Part shown: in pieces, positions 53,003 through 61,630 of the stretch
Layout: each line of letters begins with the position of its first letter
Numbering within the stretch: the stretch's first letter is position 1
Source of the DNA: a phage
Sequence record: PZ452578.1
Reading direction: 5' to 3' (one strand)
DNA length: 64,000 nucleotides
The notes under the pieces: generated by a model
The model's database searches: none
The model's input: only the letters and a program-made list of their open reading frames with translations
Told to the model about the DNA's origin: nothing
Program-made: the position numbers and the translations under genes

Positions 53003-53474
53003 TTATTTTACCTAAAACAATAGTAGGAGCATCGTCAAATTCATGAATTTTTAGCAATTTTGGATTTAAATTATTCCATACATAATAAATAAAGTATGAT
53101 AAAGCATCTTCACTCGCAATTATAAATTTATTTCCTTCATTTATTTTCCAATCATATACTGAATCATACGAATAAAAAGATAAAGGATTACCATTATATT
53201 GTTCTGCGCTAACATTAATGTATTCGGATTTAGTAAATGCTTCAATTGCTCTAAACGGACTATTTGGCACAGTTTCAATAATTCCGATCTTTTTAAGTTT
53301 TATTTTAACATCTTCTGGAACTGGCATTGAAACGAAATTTTCTACGAGATACATAGGGTTACAATAACCCTTATCAATCACTACGGCTACAGTAATTGGA
53401 ACATCTTTAGCAAACGACATGCTATTACTGCTAATATACATTTCAAACAAAATTGCTTCCATAATTTTCCTCAA
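52977..53474 (-). CDS. hypothetical protein (165 aa)
   Basis: Track ORF. Confidence 0.45.
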   Translation of the reverse strand: MRKIMEAILFEMYISSNSMSFAKDVPITVAVVIDKGYCNPMYLVENFVSMPVPEDVKIKLKKIGIIETVPNSPFRAIEAFTKSEYINVSAEQYNGNPLSFYSYDSVYDWKINEGNKFIIASEDALSYFIYYVWNNLNPKLLKIHEFDDAPTIVLGKINESSQEDS

Positions 53475-53803
53475 TCACAAGATGTAGATGAACAGCTAGA
53501 ATCACAAGAACTTCCGCATGAATCACCTGCCCATACATGAACAGGGACATTTGTATCATATGAAGAATTAGAACTTTTAACTTCGTTAGAAGATGTAGGT
53601 GTTGACCAGCGCCAGGGATTTTTATAATATTCCTGGGCTTCTTCATAAGTCATAGTAACTGCTTCTACTGTTCCATCTCCCATATAAACATACTCAACTA
53701 CAGTTAAAGGAAGGTAGTCATTTGAAATAGGAACTACACCTTCTCCAGGAGTCGTAGAGAAAAAATCTGTAAAGAAACTTTTAAACCAATTAAAGATAAA
53801 CAT
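53471..53803 (-). CDS. hypothetical protein (110 aa) with Cys/Ser-rich C-terminal tail
   Basis: Track ORF; C-terminus [18 protein letters not shown]. Confidence 0.45.
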   Translation of the reverse strand: MFIFNWFKSFFTDFFSTTPGEGVVPISNDYLPLTVVEYVYMGDGTVEAVTMTYEEAQEYYKNPWRWSTPTSSNEVKSSNSSYDTNVPVHVWAGDSCGSSCDSSCSSTSCD

Positions 53804-54009
53804 TACAAAAAGCCTCTCTTAAATTCGACTTGCTTCTCGCCATAATCATATCGAATCTCTGCATTAAATTCGACAGAACCATCTGCGTACATCATAAATG
53901 AATGCACAACAACTTCTGTAGACCATGGCTGTAGTTCATATTTCTTCATTACATGTCGTGAAATGATAATATCTAAATCTTCATTTGGTTTAATCCAGCG
54001 ATTTAACAT
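53803..54009 (-). CDS. hypothetical protein (68 aa)
   Basis: Track ORF; early promoter 54036-54065. Confidence 0.45.
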   Translation of the reverse strand: MLNRWIKPNEDLDIIISRHVMKKYELQPWSTEVVVHSFMMYADGSVEFNAEIRYDYGEKQVEFKRGFL

Positions 54010-54035
54010 AGTGCTCTCCTCTATAAGATAATTCT

Positions 54036-54065
54036 ATTATACCATACTCATTTTGGAAAGTAAAC
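54036..54065 (-). promoter_or_regulatory. T4-type early promoter downstream of soc terminator
   Basis: GTTTAC and TATAAT. Confidence 0.45.
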
Positions 54066-54070
54066 CATTT

Positions 54071-54099
54071 AAATGAAAAAAGGACTCCCGAAGGAGTCC
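54071..54099 (-). terminator. rho-independent terminator after soc (same sequence as 641-673)
   Basis: GGACUCC-UUCG-GGAGUCC plus UUUUUUCAUUU. Confidence 0.7.
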
Positions 54100-54105
54100 T
54101 TGAAT

Positions 54106-54351
54106 TTATTCACCAGTTACTTTCCACAAATCTTCATTTGCAGCAATCCATTCAGTACGTTGATTTTCTTCATATACTGTAGAATATGCTGCTTTTTCTG
54201 AAGGGAATGTCTGATAATGAGCACCAGAAATTTTGTGAACGTCAGAATAAAGAGGGAAAGCTACAGAAATTTCCTTTCCTTCAATTTTCTTATTTCCATC
54301 TAATTTCTGCTCAAATGTTTTGATATTAACATAACCGCGAGTACTAGCCAT
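54106..54351 (-). CDS. soc: small outer capsid protein Soc (81 aa)
   Basis: Sequence MASTRGYVNIKTFEQKLDGNKKIEG recognised as T4 Soc; late promoter and terminator flank it. Confidence 0.9.
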   Translation of the reverse strand: MASTRGYVNIKTFEQKLDGNKKIEGKEISVAFPLYSDVHKISGAHYQTFPSEKAAYSTVYEENQRTEWIAANEDLWKVTGE

Positions 54352-54367
54352 GTAATTCTCCTTTTAT

Positions 54368-54577
54368 TTAAATTACATGATTATTTATAATAAATTCTCG
54401 CGGAACGTTAAAATACCCAATTTTAGTTAATATAACAATATCGCCGTTAATAATTACCGGAGAATAATCGGCTGGAGCATTAAATTTCCAATGGGCTCTA
54501 ATATTATATCCATCAGAACCAAATGCTCGACTAGCCGGTCTCCCGGCTTTTTGCCATGCATAAAAATCAAATTTCAT
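54368..54577 (-). CDS. hypothetical protein (69 aa)
   Basis: Track ORF. Confidence 0.4.
   Translation of the reverse strand: MKFDFYAWQKAGRPASRAFGSDGYNIRAHWKFNAPADYSPVIINGDIVILTKIGYFNVPREFIINNHVI
54382..54389 (-). promoter_or_regulatory. late promoter TATAAATA for soc
   Basis: Exact TATAAATA about 30 nt upstream of soc ATG. Confidence 0.65.
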
Positions 54578-54777
54578 TTTGAATGCTCTATAATTAATTT
54601 TAAGGCTTCTTCACGCACCAACTTGTCTAATGGTATATGCCCAGTTTTAATTGTGTAAGCTTTGTGGAGCTGATTAGATAAGAGCTCGTATGTGAGCTCT
54701 TTGTCATAATCTTTAAATAGCTGGTCAATACGTTTCTTGCGGGCTTTCTTAAGCTGGCGTTTATTTAAACGAGCCAT
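54574..54777 (-). CDS. hypothetical basic protein (67 aa)
   Basis: Track ORF. Confidence 0.4.
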   Translation of the reverse strand: MARLNKRQLKKARKKRIDQLFKDYDKELTYELLSNQLHKAYTIKTGHIPLDKLVREEALKLIIEHSK

Positions 54778-55295
54778 TAATATCCTCTGTCTTGACGAGC
54801 GAAGTTTTCAGCATTTTTCAGATAATAAAGTTTAAATATTTCTTCAGCTGACATTCCAAGAGCAATGAATTTATTCATGAAAAAGTGAAATTGATCAATC
54901 AGTTCAAATTTAATTTCAAGTTGATCTTCAGGAGATAAATCTTGAATTTTCTTGGATTGCATTTCAGAATAACGTTTCTTCCAAGGTTTCCATACAGCAG
55001 AAGCTTCTTTTTCACCATTACTCATACCACCAAGAGAAGTATATAGCTCGCGAGTTTCGTCTGCGATATAATCGTCTTGGTTTCGCAACCAAGCAAGAAC
55101 TTCTCCTGCAGTTTCAAGTGAATCGGGATGACGATTTGTTTCTGGTTTATCATTAGCCAAACGAATCTGTAAATGCCGCTGCATGTCAAGCATAACCTGC
55201 AGTGGGTCAATATTGTGCATAATATTCTCAGCATATGCACGATTTGCTTTATCAACACCTTCGATCAAATGAGCGCATTCATTAAAGTAAGCCAT
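54777..55295 (-). CDS. 56: dCTPase-dUTPase gp56 (172 aa, MazG-like)
   Basis: ATG 55295 (MAYFNECAHLIEG...) with AAGGAAAAATA SD; track ORF extends to 55388. Confidence 0.75.
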   Translation of the reverse strand: MAYFNECAHLIEGVDKANRAYAENIMHNIDPLQVMLDMQRHLQIRLANDKPETNRHPDSLETAGEVLAWLRNQDDYIADETRELYTSLGGMSNGEKEASAVWKPWKKRYSEMQSKKIQDLSPEDQLEIKFELIDQFHFFMNKFIALGMSAEEIFKLYYLKNAENFARQDRGY

Positions 55296-55329
55296 TATTT
55301 TTCCTTTCAATTCGTGGGTTAGTAGATTA

Positions 55330-55355
55330 ATTATACAATAAATATATAAAGCAAT
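55330..55355 (-). promoter_or_regulatory. candidate middle promoter for gene 56 (MotA box ATTGCTTTA, 11-nt spacer, TATAAT)
   Basis: Consensus-like MotA box and -10; overlaps the SD of the plus-strand ORF. Confidence 0.45.
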
Positions 55356-55366
55356 AAGGAGGACAT

Positions 55367-55567
55367 ATGGTACAAAAATTAATGGCACTTGTTAATGCCA
55401 TCAAAGGTAATAAAAAACGTATAGCTTTTACTATTTCTGCTATGGTAGGAATTTTACTCTGGAACTTTATTTTATCACCTGTTGCAATTGCACATGGTAT
55501 TAATATTCCAGTAGTTACTCTTGATACATTTGTAGATTTAGCATTTGCTTTAGTTGGGTTAATTTAA
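55367..55567 (+). CDS. candidate small membrane protein (66 aa) on the opposite strand
   Basis: AAGGAGG 4 nt before ATG 55367; hydrophobic; stop overlaps gene 61 stop convergently. Confidence 0.35.
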   Translation: MVQKLMALVNAIKGNKKRIAFTISAMVGILLWNFILSPVAIAHGINIPVVTLDTFVDLAFALVGLI

Positions 55568-56592
55568 ATCTTAGCATATTTAGATAGCCGCATTTTAGCC
55601 ATCAACCCCTGTGCAATATTATTTTTCATATATTCCATAATTTGTTCAGGGGTTGCACCTTCCTTTCTAATCATATCATTAACATCTTTTGATTTCCAGG
55701 GAGATTTATCCCAAAACATAACCCTTTCTCCTGCATCAACTAATTTAGTCATTCGTTTGATAGTGTCAGGGTGACGAGGTTCATTATCTAAAACCCACAC
55801 TCGTCTATCTTTAAATGGAACAACTTCTAAGTCTAATTGACCACCCGTAATAGCTATACCATTTTCAATAAAAAGTGAATCTATAGGTCCTTCTAGAACA
55901 TATACATCACCATCTTTAACCCGTTCGACACCATAGATTTTTGTTGCTTCAGGATAAGCTTTGATAGTGATATATTTTTGGGGAGCATCTTTCTTTAATG
56001 CACGTCCTTGAAAAGACTCGGCTTTTCCATTAGCATTATAAATTGGAATAACAAGACGAGGCTCAGGTATTTCCTTTTTATATGTTCCCGGTGCTATGCT
56101 ATTAACCAATTTAGGCCATTCGGTTGTAAACCAAAGATATTTCCATTTATCCTTTGGAATACAACGAGCTTTTACATATTTTATAATTGGATGGTCTTCC
56201 GCCAGTTTATCTAATCGAACACATGACGGAAGAGATTTAATTATTTTCTTCTCAGGTTGTTTAGGAAGTTCTTTAGGTTTTTCTACTGGACGACTTTTAC
56301 CTTTTTCTTTTCTTATTTCAAAGATATACTCACGATATAAATCAGGTTCAAACTCCTTTAAATATATTCCGATTGGTGCATGATAGTTACAGTTATAACA
56401 ATGAATATTTCCTTCATTATTATCACCATAATACCATCCACGAGCTTTATTCTGGTCGGTTTTTGAATCTCCACAAACAGGGCATCTAAACCGCAATTTA
56501 AAAGTTGAACTATTATTTACTTGTGTGAATTTAGGTAAATGAGCTAATGCACGATACGCAAACTCATTATCAATCCAAGGTATTGATGACAT
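55564..56592 (-). CDS. 61: DNA primase gp61 (342 aa)
   Basis: 342 aa; zinc finger CPVCGDS...CYNC and TOPRIM region. Confidence 0.9.
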   Translation of the reverse strand: MSSIPWIDNEFAYRALAHLPKFTQVNNSSTFKLRFRCPVCGDSKTDQNKARGWYYGDNNEGNIHCYNCNYHAPIGIYLKEFEPDLYREYIFEIRKEKGKSRPVEKPKELPKQPEKKIIKSLPSCVRLDKLAEDHPIIKYVKARCIPKDKWKYLWFTTEWPKLVNSIAPGTYKKEIPEPRLVIPIYNANGKAESFQGRALKKDAPQKYITIKAYPEATKIYGVERVKDGDVYVLEGPIDSLFIENGIAITGGQLDLEVVPFKDRRVWVLDNEPRHPDTIKRMTKLVDAGERVMFWDKSPWKSKDVNDMIRKEGATPEQIMEYMKNNIAQGLMAKMRLSKYAKI

Positions 56593-56594
56593 TT

Positions 56595-56759
56595 TTAATC
56601 TTCTTTTTCTTTAGATTCCTCTTTTTTCTTTTTAGGAATCTGTTCAGGACCTTTATTTACTACAGCGCCTGACGTTGTTCCAGTAGAGATATTTTCAGGA
56701 TTACCACCTGAATCTCCAGCGACCATATCTTCTTTAATAAATTCTTTATATGTTTTCAT
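56595..56759 (-). CDS. possible small hydrophilic protein (54 aa)
   Basis: ATG 56759 preceded by the same upstream sequence as the 118-aa ORF; below track cutoff. Confidence 0.35.
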   Translation of the reverse strand: MKTYKEFIKEDMVAGDSGGNPENISTGTTSGAVVNKGPEQIPKKKKEESKEKED

Positions 56760-56804
56760 ATTAACCTCTATTCATAAAAGCATTAAAAATTTGGTCATCA
56801 ATAG
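56757..56804 (-). repeat. 48-bp direct repeat, copy 1
   Basis: 47 of 48 nt shared with 57115-57161; one mismatch and one 1-nt indel. Confidence 0.75.
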
Positions 56805-57117
56805 ATGGAATAGCAACCTTTTCGGCATCATTTAGCAAATCATTAATTTCATCGGATAGCATAACACATGTACCTTTATTTCCTGTAATTGTTACTGCGC
56901 AATTACGAACGTTTTCTTTATTAAATTTTAGGTTAATATTTTCGTAATGAAAATCCTTTAATGCTGAATATATTTTTAAAATAAAATTGTCTTTTACTAC
57001 AATAAACCCAACCTCACTATTAAAACGCGGTTCATGGAAACTGTAATAAACCTTTTCATCTATAAAATCGTATGAAATTTTTTCCATTTTTAAATATGAA
57101 AATTCAGAACTATACAT
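56761..57117 (-). CDS. hypothetical protein (118 aa) flanked by 48-bp direct repeats
   Basis: Track ORF; C-terminus shares SIDDQI with the 204-aa ORF. Confidence 0.5.
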   Translation of the reverse strand: MYSSEFSYLKMEKISYDFIDEKVYYSFHEPRFNSEVGFIVVKDNFILKIYSALKDFHYENINLKFNKENVRNCAVTITGNKGTCVMLSDEINDLLNDAEKVAIPSIDDQIFNAFMNRG

Positions 57118-57161
57118 ATTAACCTTTATTCATAAAAGCATTAAAATTTGGTCATCAATAG
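57115..57161 (-). repeat. 47-bp direct repeat, copy 2
   Basis: Pairs with 56757-56804. Confidence 0.75.
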
Positions 57162-57744
57162 AAACATTTACTTTAGACTGTTTTTCTGATGGTAATTCAT
57201 ATCCACATATTACAATTTTGTGATCAATATCAAAATACACAGAAGCAATATGATTAATGATATTTTCAGTGAAGTCTAAATCAACATCAATATCTTTTTG
57301 ACCAAAGCCCAAAGGATAAATAATGCGAGTAATTCGATTATCTTTAACAAAGATTCCACCGACATACTCTGTACTGCGTTTAAAGTCTACACGCCGACGA
57401 AATGAAAAATATTCAGGCTCTTTATGAGCTCGGCTCATAGGACACAACGAGTAACTAGAATAAGAGATGTCAAATCCTACGCCTTCGATATGAGCCAAAG
57501 TGTCATGATTAAACCAATTATAATCGTACGCCAAATCCATTAGATTATAATATGTAAAAGGCACCGGATTAACATCATTAGTCACAAGCATGTAATTAGC
57601 AACTGCTATAATTTCATTGTTTTTAACGAATACAAACCGTGATTGATGCGAATGACCTGGACCCGCGTTTTCACGATTAATGATATAACACTGGGCACCT
57701 TTATATTTGTATGTATCTTTGCACTTGTGCATTTGATAGAGCAT
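57130..57744 (-). CDS. hypothetical protein (204 aa), 61.2 position
   Basis: Track ORF; any equivalence to T4 61.2 is positional only. Confidence 0.45.
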   Translation of the reverse strand: MLYQMHKCKDTYKYKGAQCYIINRENAGPGHSHQSRFVFVKNNEIIAVANYMLVTNDVNPVPFTYYNLMDLAYDYNWFNHDTLAHIEGVGFDISYSSYSLCPMSRAHKEPEYFSFRRRVDFKRSTEYVGGIFVKDNRITRIIYPLGFGQKDIDVDLDFTENIINHIASVYFDIDHKIVICGYELPSEKQSKVNVSIDDQILMLL

Positions 57745-58037
57745 TATTCACCTACCACTTCAGCGATGATATTTTTGTTATTAAAGTTTTTATCGCAATA
57801 CAGAACATAATTATACTGCATTACACCACCAGACTTAAGCTGTTTTTGCACTTCAGCTTTCATTTCAGGACGATCGCGCTCAACGATATTCATAATATCT
57901 GCTTCAATTTGAGTTTCAACCTCAGTCTGATCCGCAGTCATAGACCATTCGCACAAATCTTTATCATAACCTGCCACAGCAGGCTGAGCAGCACAAGAAG
58001 CTAAAGCAAAAATTGTGGCAAAGATAAATTTTTTCAT
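57744..58037 (-). CDS. sp: Spackle periplasmic superinfection-exclusion protein (97 aa)
   Basis: Signal peptide MKKFIFATIFALASCAAQPAVAG; 97 aa; early promoter 58066-58095. Confidence 0.65.
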   Translation of the reverse strand: MKKFIFATIFALASCAAQPAVAGYDKDLCEWSMTADQTEVETQIEADIMNIVERDRPEMKAEVQKQLKSGGVMQYNYVLYCDKNFNNKNIIAEVVGE

Positions 58038-58065
58038 GATAATCTCCTCAGTAGTTTATGTTTAT

Positions 58066-58095
58066 ATAGTATCTCAATTTCCAACAAAAGTAAAC
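58066..58095 (-). promoter_or_regulatory. T4-type early promoter for sp
   Basis: GTTTAC and TACTAT. Confidence 0.45.
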
Positions 58096-58097
58096 AG

Positions 58098-58355
58098 TTA
58101 TTTTAAAACTTCTGCGTAATCACATGTTACAAACTGTTTCTCTAGCTTGACGATTTTACGAAAGTATCTTTTGCATTGGCGAATCTGCCGCTTCGTAGGG
58201 CGAACAGCAAACTTAATAAATTCCACTCGACCAAATGGAGGGCTTTCTTCTGCTGGAATATCTAACACCAATTCCCACGTATCTGCAATAAGTGCTTTGA
58301 ATTGCGTATTTTTCCTGACGTTATACGGAGTAGGTTTAAATAAAACAATATGCAT
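58098..58355 (-). CDS. hypothetical protein (85 aa), 61.4 / tifA position
   Basis: Internal ATG 58355 lies 1 nt after the dmd stop; track ORF from 58397 would overlap dmd. Confidence 0.4.
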   Translation of the reverse strand: MHIVLFKPTPYNVRKNTQFKALIADTWELVLDIPAEESPPFGRVEFIKFAVRPTKRQIRQCKRYFRKIVKLEKQFVTCDYAEVLK

Positions 58356-58356
58356 A

Positions 58357-58539
58357 TTATCCTCGGCAATCCACTTCACATACTTTCTTGTCATCAATGA
58401 AAGCTTTAACTAATGCTTTATTAACTTCAGCATACTGAGTAGTAGCCCATTGAACGTCATCTTTCATCATTGTGGTTTCTTTAGTAAACATGCTTTCATT
58501 CTTAAACCACCCCATAAAAACTACCTTTACCAATTCCAT
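58357..58539 (-). CDS. dmd: Dmd-like antitoxin (60 aa)
   Basis: 60 aa and position upstream of the 61.x cluster; GAGGAG SD; early promoter 58579-58608. Confidence 0.55.
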   Translation of the reverse strand: MELVKVVFMGWFKNESMFTKETTMMKDDVQWATTQYAEVNKALVKAFIDDKKVCEVDCRG

Positions 58540-58578
58540 AACAATCTCCTCATTTAACCAACAAGACTACTATACCAT

Positions 58579-58608
58579 AGTCTCGTCAGCTTGTAAACTA
58601 AAATTTTA
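58579..58608 (-). promoter_or_regulatory. T4-type early promoter for dmd cluster
   Basis: GTTTACA, 17-nt spacer, TATAGT; overlaps 3' end of gene 41. Confidence 0.5.
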
Positions 58609-60025
58609 ATTCATTCGCCAAAGCATCTAACTGAGCTCGAGTGGATTCATTTCTTTGATAGCGATTCTGTTCAGCCTGAATCTGCTGTGAACCTGCTACT
58701 TCACTCACTTCAGTTGGAGTAGAATCTTGTTCAATTTCTACCCATTTCTGATTTCCCTTTTGAACACCCATCAAAAACTTATTCCATTTGTTCTTATCGC
58801 CATATCGTGATTTGATTTGCTTAATGAGTTGTTGTTCAGCAGCTGCTAGCTCCTCGGTTTCAATGACCGCAAGCATAAAATCAGCTGTTGCTGGAAGACC
58901 GGCAGATTCTGCGATATCACTCATGTTAACATCAGAAGAATCCCAAGCTTGTTTACCAACCTGTGCTGCAGTCCAAAGAACAGTTTCGGTTTCAACAGCC
59001 AGAGCACGCAATTCCTCTGCAATAGCTTTAACAGTTGTGTAACTATTTTCTGAATAAACTCTAATGCGGCAAGATTTACAAATACCTAGATAATCGACAA
59101 TAATGATTGTTGGAACAAAATTCTTCTTGAGCTTCAATTCGTTTAAAAGTGATCGAAATGTATTAGCATCTGCTCCACCAGTAGGATACTGTTTAACGAT
59201 TAAACGACCAAGAGTAGATTTCTCACGCCATTTTTCCATTTTTCCTTTATACTCAGCGTAAGAAATATGCCCATCATCAATGTCATCAAGAGAAACATCG
59301 AGCATATTAGCGTCAATACGTTTAGCACAGACTTCTTCTGCCATTTCCATGGAGATATAAAGAACGTTATGTCCGAGCTGTAAATAATCTGCTGCTAATG
59401 AACAAAGTCCTAATGATTTACCAACGTTAACGCCAGCCATTAAAACGTTCAGTGTTCCAGTCTCAGCTCCGCCTTTAGTAATTTTGTTTAGAATTCTGAG
59501 TTTAAATGGAACCTTACGAGCTTTATTCATATAAGATAGCCAACGTGCTTCATAGTCATCCATCCAATCATGGCCAACGTAGCTATCAAATGAAATTGAT
59601 AATGCTTGGCGCATGATGTCAGGAATAGCACCTACATCTGGCATTTTCTTATTTCGTTTTTCTGGAGGAAGCTCAGCATTAGTTTGAATTTCGATTATTT
59701 TAGACGTAGCATTAAACATCGCCCTTTGCTGAACATATTTTTCTGTTTCTTTTACTAACCAGCTGTGGTCTTCTGGAGAATCAGCCAGTTTTGAAATAAG
59801 TGTTTTTACACCAGAATATTCTGTTTCAGTAAATGAACTATTTTCTAATGCAACATTTAACGCATTAATAGATGGAACGCTATGATACTCATTGACATGA
59901 GATTTAATTAATTTGAATGTATTTTTAGCTGGACCACTTTCAAAATATTCTGAATCCATATATGGCCAAACTTTTGAAAAATAAGCTTGATCAAATATGA
60001 GATGAGAAAGAATAATTTCTACCAC
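58598..60025 (-). CDS. 41: replicative helicase gp41 (475 aa)
   Basis: 475 aa; DnaB-family Walker A GVNVGKS. Confidence 0.9.
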   Translation of the reverse strand: MVEIILSHLIFDQAYFSKVWPYMDSEYFESGPAKNTFKLIKSHVNEYHSVPSINALNVALENSSFTETEYSGVKTLISKLADSPEDHSWLVKETEKYVQQRAMFNATSKIIEIQTNAELPPEKRNKKMPDVGAIPDIMRQALSISFDSYVGHDWMDDYEARWLSYMNKARKVPFKLRILNKITKGGAETGTLNVLMAGVNVGKSLGLCSLAADYLQLGHNVLYISMEMAEEVCAKRIDANMLDVSLDDIDDGHISYAEYKGKMEKWREKSTLGRLIVKQYPTGGADANTFRSLLNELKLKKNFVPTIIIVDYLGICKSCRIRVYSENSYTTVKAIAEELRALAVETETVLWTAAQVGKQAWDSSDVNMSDIAESAGLPATADFMLAVIETEELAAAEQQLIKQIKSRYGDKNKWNKFLMGVQKGNQKWVEIEQDSTPTEVSEVAGSQQIQAEQNRYQRNESTRAQLDALANELKF

Positions 60026-60034
60026 ACTTACTCC

Positions 60035-60397
60035 TTAAAAGAATTTAAATTTTTTCTTTGACCTTTTATTAAATGCATCTTGTAGTTGCATTGTAATACA
60101 TTTTTCTACATGAGGAGCTAACTCAGCTTTTCTTTCTTGGTCAAGAACAGCAAAGTCCATTACAACCTTTCCATCAACCCAATCTAATTTTGTCACATAC
60201 ACTATATGTGTAGAACCATCTTCTAGTTTAATGATAATCTCCTGGATAACATTTTCCATAGCGGATTTAATTATCTTAAGAGATTCATTAAAAAGACGTT
60301 CTTTTCTTTCTTCTTCCCCCTCCGAAGAGGGGGATTCATCGATAATTTCTAGGTCTAAATCTAAATCATCTTTATTCATTAAATTCTTCCATATCAC
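60035..60397 (-). CDS. 40: gp40 head-assembly protein (120 aa)
   Basis: Size and position between uvsX and 41. Confidence 0.65.
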   Translation of the reverse strand: MIWKNLMNKDDLDLDLEIIDESPSSEGEEERKERLFNESLKIIKSAMENVIQEIIIKLEDGSTHIVYVTKLDWVDGKVVMDFAVLDQERKAELAPHVEKCITMQLQDAFNKRSKKKFKFF

Positions 60398-61553
60398 TTA
60401 ACTGTTCTAGGTCAGTTTCTAAATCAGCAGCTGATTTACTTTTACTTTCTGGAGATTTAAATTTTTCAACCTTTGAGTTAATTAATTCATCGACTTCAGC
60501 TTCAACAATTTCATTACTATCAATAGCACCTAACTGATAAGCACGTTTAATAGCATCTCGGAATGGTTGATGCTTAAATAAAGGACCCCAGAATGTAGTG
60601 CAGTTGGTATCTTTTGCACGCCAAGATTTTTCTTCGCGAATCATCTCGCCGGTTTCTTCATCAAGAAATTCACGAGCATACCAGCCATTTTTAGGTTTTA
60701 CAACAAATCCTAATTCTAGAGCCATATCTAACAATCCAGAATAAGGATCGATACCACCGTCAAATTTAACATCAATAAAGAATTTACTTTTTTCTTTAAC
60801 GGTACGAGATTTTTCTACATTTAGAACAAATTGATACCCCTGAAGATCAGAACCATCTTTAATCTGGCGTTTACCGATAATGAATACAGTATCAGCCGAA
60901 TACATTACGCCTGTACCACCTGTCATCACGGTTTTACTAAACATTTCAATTGTTTCAATTGTATGGTTAACCGCAACACATGGAATATTTTTAATGCTAA
61001 AATAAGGAGTAACAATACGGAATAATGACTTCAGTGATTTAGCACGAGTCATATCTGCCACAGATTTTTCATTCAAGGCATCTTCCGTTTCTTTCTTAGA
61101 AGCCATATTACCGATTGAGTCGATGAATACAATAACCTTTTCACCACGCTCAATAGCTTCAAGCTGGTTCACCATATCAATTTTCAGCTGTTCAACTGAC
61201 TGGATTGGCGTATGAATTACACGTTCCGGGTCAACTCCCATGGATCGCAAATAAGCTGGAGTAATACCAAATTCGCTATCATAGAATAGACAAACCGCGT
61301 CAGGATATTTGTTTAAATATGCCGCAACCATAGTCAAAGACATATTTGATTTAAAGTGTTTAGAAGGCCCTGCGAAAATAGTTAAACCAGACTGCATGCC
61401 GCCATCAATCGCACCAGAAATAGCAATATTAAGCATTGGGATTTTTGTACGGATTACATCCTTTTCATTAAAGAATTTAGATGTAGTCAGTTCAGCAGTC
61501 ATTTTAGAAGTGGAAGCTTTAATCAAACGGGATTTTAAATCTGCAATAGACAT
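60372..61553 (-). CDS. uvsX: recombinase UvsX (393 aa, RecA-like)
   Basis: Sequence recognised as T4 UvsX; Walker A GPSKHFKS. Confidence 0.9.
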   Translation of the reverse strand: MSIADLKSRLIKASTSKMTAELTTSKFFNEKDVIRTKIPMLNIAISGAIDGGMQSGLTIFAGPSKHFKSNMSLTMVAAYLNKYPDAVCLFYDSEFGITPAYLRSMGVDPERVIHTPIQSVEQLKIDMVNQLEAIERGEKVIVFIDSIGNMASKKETEDALNEKSVADMTRAKSLKSLFRIVTPYFSIKNIPCVAVNHTIETIEMFSKTVMTGGTGVMYSADTVFIIGKRQIKDGSDLQGYQFVLNVEKSRTVKEKSKFFIDVKFDGGIDPYSGLLDMALELGFVVKPKNGWYAREFLDEETGEMIREEKSWRAKDTNCTTFWGPLFKHQPFRDAIKRAYQLGAIDSNEIVEAEVDELINSKVEKFKSPESKSKSAADLETDLEQLSDMEEFNE

Positions 61554-61630
61554 TCATTTTTTCCATAGGCATCATTATATTTTCCTCACTGGTTAAAGAT
61601 AGAGTAATTATAACACAATAAATTTAGGCA

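Noticed and set aside
54777-55388. Long N-terminal extensions of track ORFs (gene 56 to 55388, ndd to 35907, rnh to 19893, gene 63 to 8355, denA to 8806)
   Set aside because: Internal ATGs with good SD sequences give the T4-length proteins; the extensions run across promoter or hairpin sequence or begin at alternative start codons.
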